Part shown: positions 1-64,000 of the stretch, in pieces | Position numbering within the stretch: the stretch's first letter is position 1 | How the letters are laid out: every line of letters begins with the position of its first letter | Origin: Tubiluchus corallicola | Taxonomy: Eukaryota > Animalia > Priapulida | NCBI GenBank assembly: GCA_030141605.1 | Contig: JAQGDQ010000621.1 | Location: forward strand, 62,257 to 126,256 | Reading direction: 5' to 3' | Length of the DNA: 64,000 nucleotides | The notes under the pieces: generated by a model | What the model was told of the DNA's origin: nothing | The model's input: the letters and a program-made list of their open reading frames with translations, nothing else | Database searches by the model: none | Made by a program: the position numbers and the translations under genes

Positions 1-4
1 GTAG

Positions 5-63181
<63,177 letters not shown>

Positions 63182-63299
63182 GTAAATTTCACATTACAGT
63201 AGGCGTTTTTTGTTATTTAGATTAAAGCGGAGTTTATTAATGTAACACTGTTTTGCCGACATTGCTGCATTTGTATGAAACGACAGTGCTGTTAGTGTT

Positions 63300-64000
63300 T
63301 TTGCTTTTTTATGTGGAGTAACAAGATTACCATCATTCTTTTATATGAAATTGCAAAGTTGCTTTTATTTTTTATGAAATACAATATTGTTGTTACTCTT
63401 TTATATGAAATTACATGTTGATTTTCGCTTTTCTATGGAATAAACATGTTGCTGTTATTCTCTTATGTGGGACAATAATAAATTATGTTGTTACTGTTGC
63501 TTTTGTATGGAGTAACAATATTGTTGTTAATTCTGTATAACAGTGGCATTCTATGTAAGAGTGTTATTATTATTATTATTGTATTATATAACAAATATTG
63601 TTGCTACCTTTTTATATGGAATAACAATGTTGTTGTTACCCTCTTATATGGAATAATAATGTTGTTGTCACCCTCTTATATGGAATAACCATGTTCTTGT
63701 CACCCTCTTATGTGGAATAACAATGTTATTGTCACCCTCTTATATGGAATAACAATGTTGTTTTTACCCTCTTATATGGAATAACAATATTGTTGTTACT
63801 CACTTATATGGAATAACAATGTTGTTGTTACCCACTTATATGGAATAACCATGTTCTTGTCACCCTCTTATGTGGAATAACAATGTTATTGTCACCCTCT
63901 TATATGGAATAACAATGTTGTTTTTACCCTCTTATATGGAATAACAATATTGTTGTTACTCACTTATATGGAATAACAATGTTGTTGTTACCCACTTATA
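63300..64000. repeat. 32-bp minisatellite with a 160-bp higher-order unit, running off the window
   Basis: ctcttatatggaataacaatgttgttgttacc units; sequence at 63681 is repeated at 63841. Confidence 0.9.

Overview
AT-rich animal genomic DNA occupied end to end by part of one + strand, intron-rich titin/connectin-like muscle gene. I traced 58 exons with GT-AG boundaries and consistent phases; neither start nor stop codon is in the window. Order: PEVK-like exons, one Ig domain resembling titin N2A I80 plus a truncated insertion, a very large E/V/P/T/K-rich elastic region of symmetric phase-1 exons (six ~250-aa modules, one 3075-nt repeat exon, an array of 174-nt exons), then ten tandem Ig domains and Fn3-Fn3-Ig-Ig-Fn3. 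Introns hold hAT and Tc1/pogo-type MITEs, Rex1/Babar and RTE LINE fragments, tRNA/5S-type SINE relics, minisatellites and palindromes. The most notable unexplained feature is a ~530-550 nt intronic inverted repeat (8875-9400 / 27116-27672; 118/120 core identity). It brackets a frame-neutral block of 19 PEVK exons (~3200 aa), and weaker candidate stems lie inside and next to it. This suggests control of spring length by long-range RNA pairing, which is inference only. Coordinates were read by eye; TE and weak-stem boundaries are approximate.
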